Assembly: GCA_965235115.1 (NCBI GenBank)
Contig: OZ249442.1
Coordinates: forward strand, 2,914,001-2,978,000
From: Laetmonice hystrix
Taxonomy: Eukaryota
DNA: 64,000 bases
Direction: 5' to 3'
The notes under the pieces were generated by a model, which saw only the letters and a list, made by a program, of their open reading frames with translations, was not told the DNA's origin and searched no databases. Within the stretch, counting starts at the first letter, position 1; every line of letters starts with the position of its first letter. Shown piece after piece: positions 61,920-64,000 of the stretch. The translations under genes and the position numbers were made by a program.

Positions 61920-62945
61920 AGAACTCTAGATAGACCATACCACCCCTACAAGGATTAGTTTATTGTTAGGTTGGTCTAGATAGACCATACCGCCCCTACA
62001 AGGATTAGTTTTATGATTTGGTTAGTCTAGATAGACCATACCGCCCCTACAAGGATTGGTTTATGGTTTTGATAGACCATACCGCCCCTACAAGGATTAG
62101 TTTATGGTTTGGCTGGTCTAGATAGACCATACCGCCCCTACAAGGATTAGTTTATGGTTTGGCTGGTCTAGATAGACCATACCGCCCCTACAAGGATTAG
62201 TTTATGGTTTGGCTGGTCTAGATAGACCATACCGCCCCTACAAGGATTAGTTTTACGGTTTGGCTGGTCTAGATAGACCATACCGCCCCTACAAGGATTA
62301 GTTTATGGTTTGGCTGGTCTAGATAGACCATACCGCCCCTACAAGGATTAGTTTATGGTTTGGTTGGTCTAGATAGACCATACCGCCCCTACAAGGATTA
62401 GTTGGTCTAGATAGACCATACCGCCACTACAAGGATTAGTTTTATGGTTTGGTTGGTCTAGATAGACCATACCGCCCCTACAGGGATTAGTTGGTCTAGA
62501 TAGACCATACCGCCACTACAAGGATTAGTTTTATGGTTTGGTTGGTCTAGATAGACCATACCGCCCCTACAAGGATTAGTTGGTCTAGATAGACCATACC
62601 GCCACTACAAGGATTAGTTTTATGGTTTGGTTGGTCTAGATAGACCATACCGCCCCTACAAGGATTAGTTTATGGTTTGGTTGGTCTAGATAGACCATAC
62701 CGCCACTACAAGGATTAGTTTTATGGTTTGGTTGGTCTAGATAGACCATACCGCCCCTACAAGGATTAGTTTATGGTTTGGTTGGTCCAGATAGACCATA
62801 CCGCCCCTAGAAGAATTAGTTTATGGTTTGGTTGGTCTAGATAGACCATACCGCCCCTACAAGGATTAGTTTATGGTTTGGTTGGTCTAGATAGACCATA
62901 CCGTCACTACAAGGATTAGTTTGATAGTTTGGTTCGGTCTAGCAT
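61920..62945. repeat. Minisatellite, 50/51-bp unit with 39-bp variant, about 21 copies
   Basis: CTAGATAGACCATACCGCCCCTACAAGGATTAGTTTATGGTTTGGCTGGT. Confidence 0.95.
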
Positions 62946-63494
62946 GGCCTGAAGCCGGCTGGTAGAAAGCAGCTGCTCGGTTTCACGGTCGACTTATTTC
63001 CTAAAGCTGACCATTCAGTGACCACATCAAATAACACTCCGGCCAGGACCCTGACGACAGATGTGGCCCTCCCTGTACGGAGATATCTTCTCTTTCACAT
63101 GGTCAGAAAACCATCTTTGTTAGGCGCCAACGTTTCTGCTCAGATGATCTATTCAGAGACCCGGGGGTCGGGGGGGGTGTAGATTTTGCCCTGACTGCGG
63201 CTGGTTGGAGCTGAGCTAATTTAGCCACAATCCTCCACAAAACAACATCGTGAAGAACAGACGTGCATGCGACGACCGCATTTAGGGTCAAGGGTGGGCC
63301 ATATTGAGGTCAAGGGTAGACATTGGGGTCAAGGGTAGACGTTGGGGTCAAGCCAGAAGGTCAGCGTCCGGGTGCCAAGGTTCACTGCCAAGTGACGCAA
63401 CCAGGGTGGGAGATATAGCCGTGGACGGTGGTAACGAAATGGTCGAACCTTGGTCTGTAACTCTCCCGCCATGGCATGGGGGAGGTAGATCATA

Positions 63495-63790
63495 CTCTGT
63501 GGTATGACCGACCGTATATAATACACTGGGGTGACCAATCGTAGATTATATTCTGTGGTGTGACCGACCGTAGATTATACTCTGGTGTGACCGACCGTAG
63601 ATTAACTCTGGTGTGACCGACCGTAGATTATACTCTGTGGTGTGACCGACCGTAGATTATACTCTGGTGTGACCGACCGTAGATTATACTCTGTGGTGTG
63701 ACCGACCGTAGATTATACTCTGTGGTGTGACCGACCGTAGATTATACTCTGTGGTGTGACCGACCGTAGATTATACTCTGTGGTGTGACA
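63495..63790. repeat. Minisatellite, 27-29-bp unit, about 10 copies
   Basis: GTGTGACCGACCGTAGATTATACTCTGTG. Confidence 0.93.
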
Positions 63791-64000
63791 GATCCTGGCA
63801 GTAAAGTAAATGTTGCTCCTCTTTCTCATCGAGAACGTATGCAGTGCTACTGTTAAAATGTGTTCTGTAACGATAGTTTGGATGACAACAGAGTTTAACT
63901 CTCATTGGTCACCTGAGCACGGTTCTGTCTCCAACTCCTAACAAGGCGACCTTGACAAATACTCACAGTCATGTTGAATGTCATATTGTGAGTCTTATAA

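Noticed and set aside
63495-63790. CRISPR-like appearance of short regular repeats (also 56018-56968)
   Set aside because: Units are contiguous with no unique spacers, there are no cas genes, and the context is a eukaryotic intron.

Overview
Eukaryotic (metazoan, probably invertebrate) genomic DNA with one 129-N assembly gap (7892-8020). Two host genes are arranged head-to-head. A beta-type syntrophin has its first coding exon (split PH + PDZ) at 43328-43814 on the minus strand; I could not find its later exons. CNOT10 lies on the plus strand with 11 phase-consistent coding exons from 46080 to 58075 and continues past the window. A complete, apparently very young 9.1-kb Ty3/gypsy LTR retrotransposon (20917-30003) has identical 1172-bp LTRs, non-TG/CA termini, in-frame gag and pol separated by one UAG followed by an 8-nt spacer and a hairpin, and a chromodomain-like integrase tail. 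The rest is about 16 unrelated minisatellite arrays (27-103-bp units), a CAG-rich array, a TTAGGG-derived array and several MITEs. The most novel-looking signals are: (i) TA-GGCC-TA / TA-GGC-TA / TA-GCC-TA / TA-GC-TA motifs clustered at the divergent promoter and visibly inserted de novo in a minisatellite, matching predicted DNA-transposon excision footprints; (ii) the retrotransposon's readthrough and possible splicing signals; (iii) duplicated splice sites in CNOT10 that create potential poison isoforms. All coordinates and counts were made by eye.
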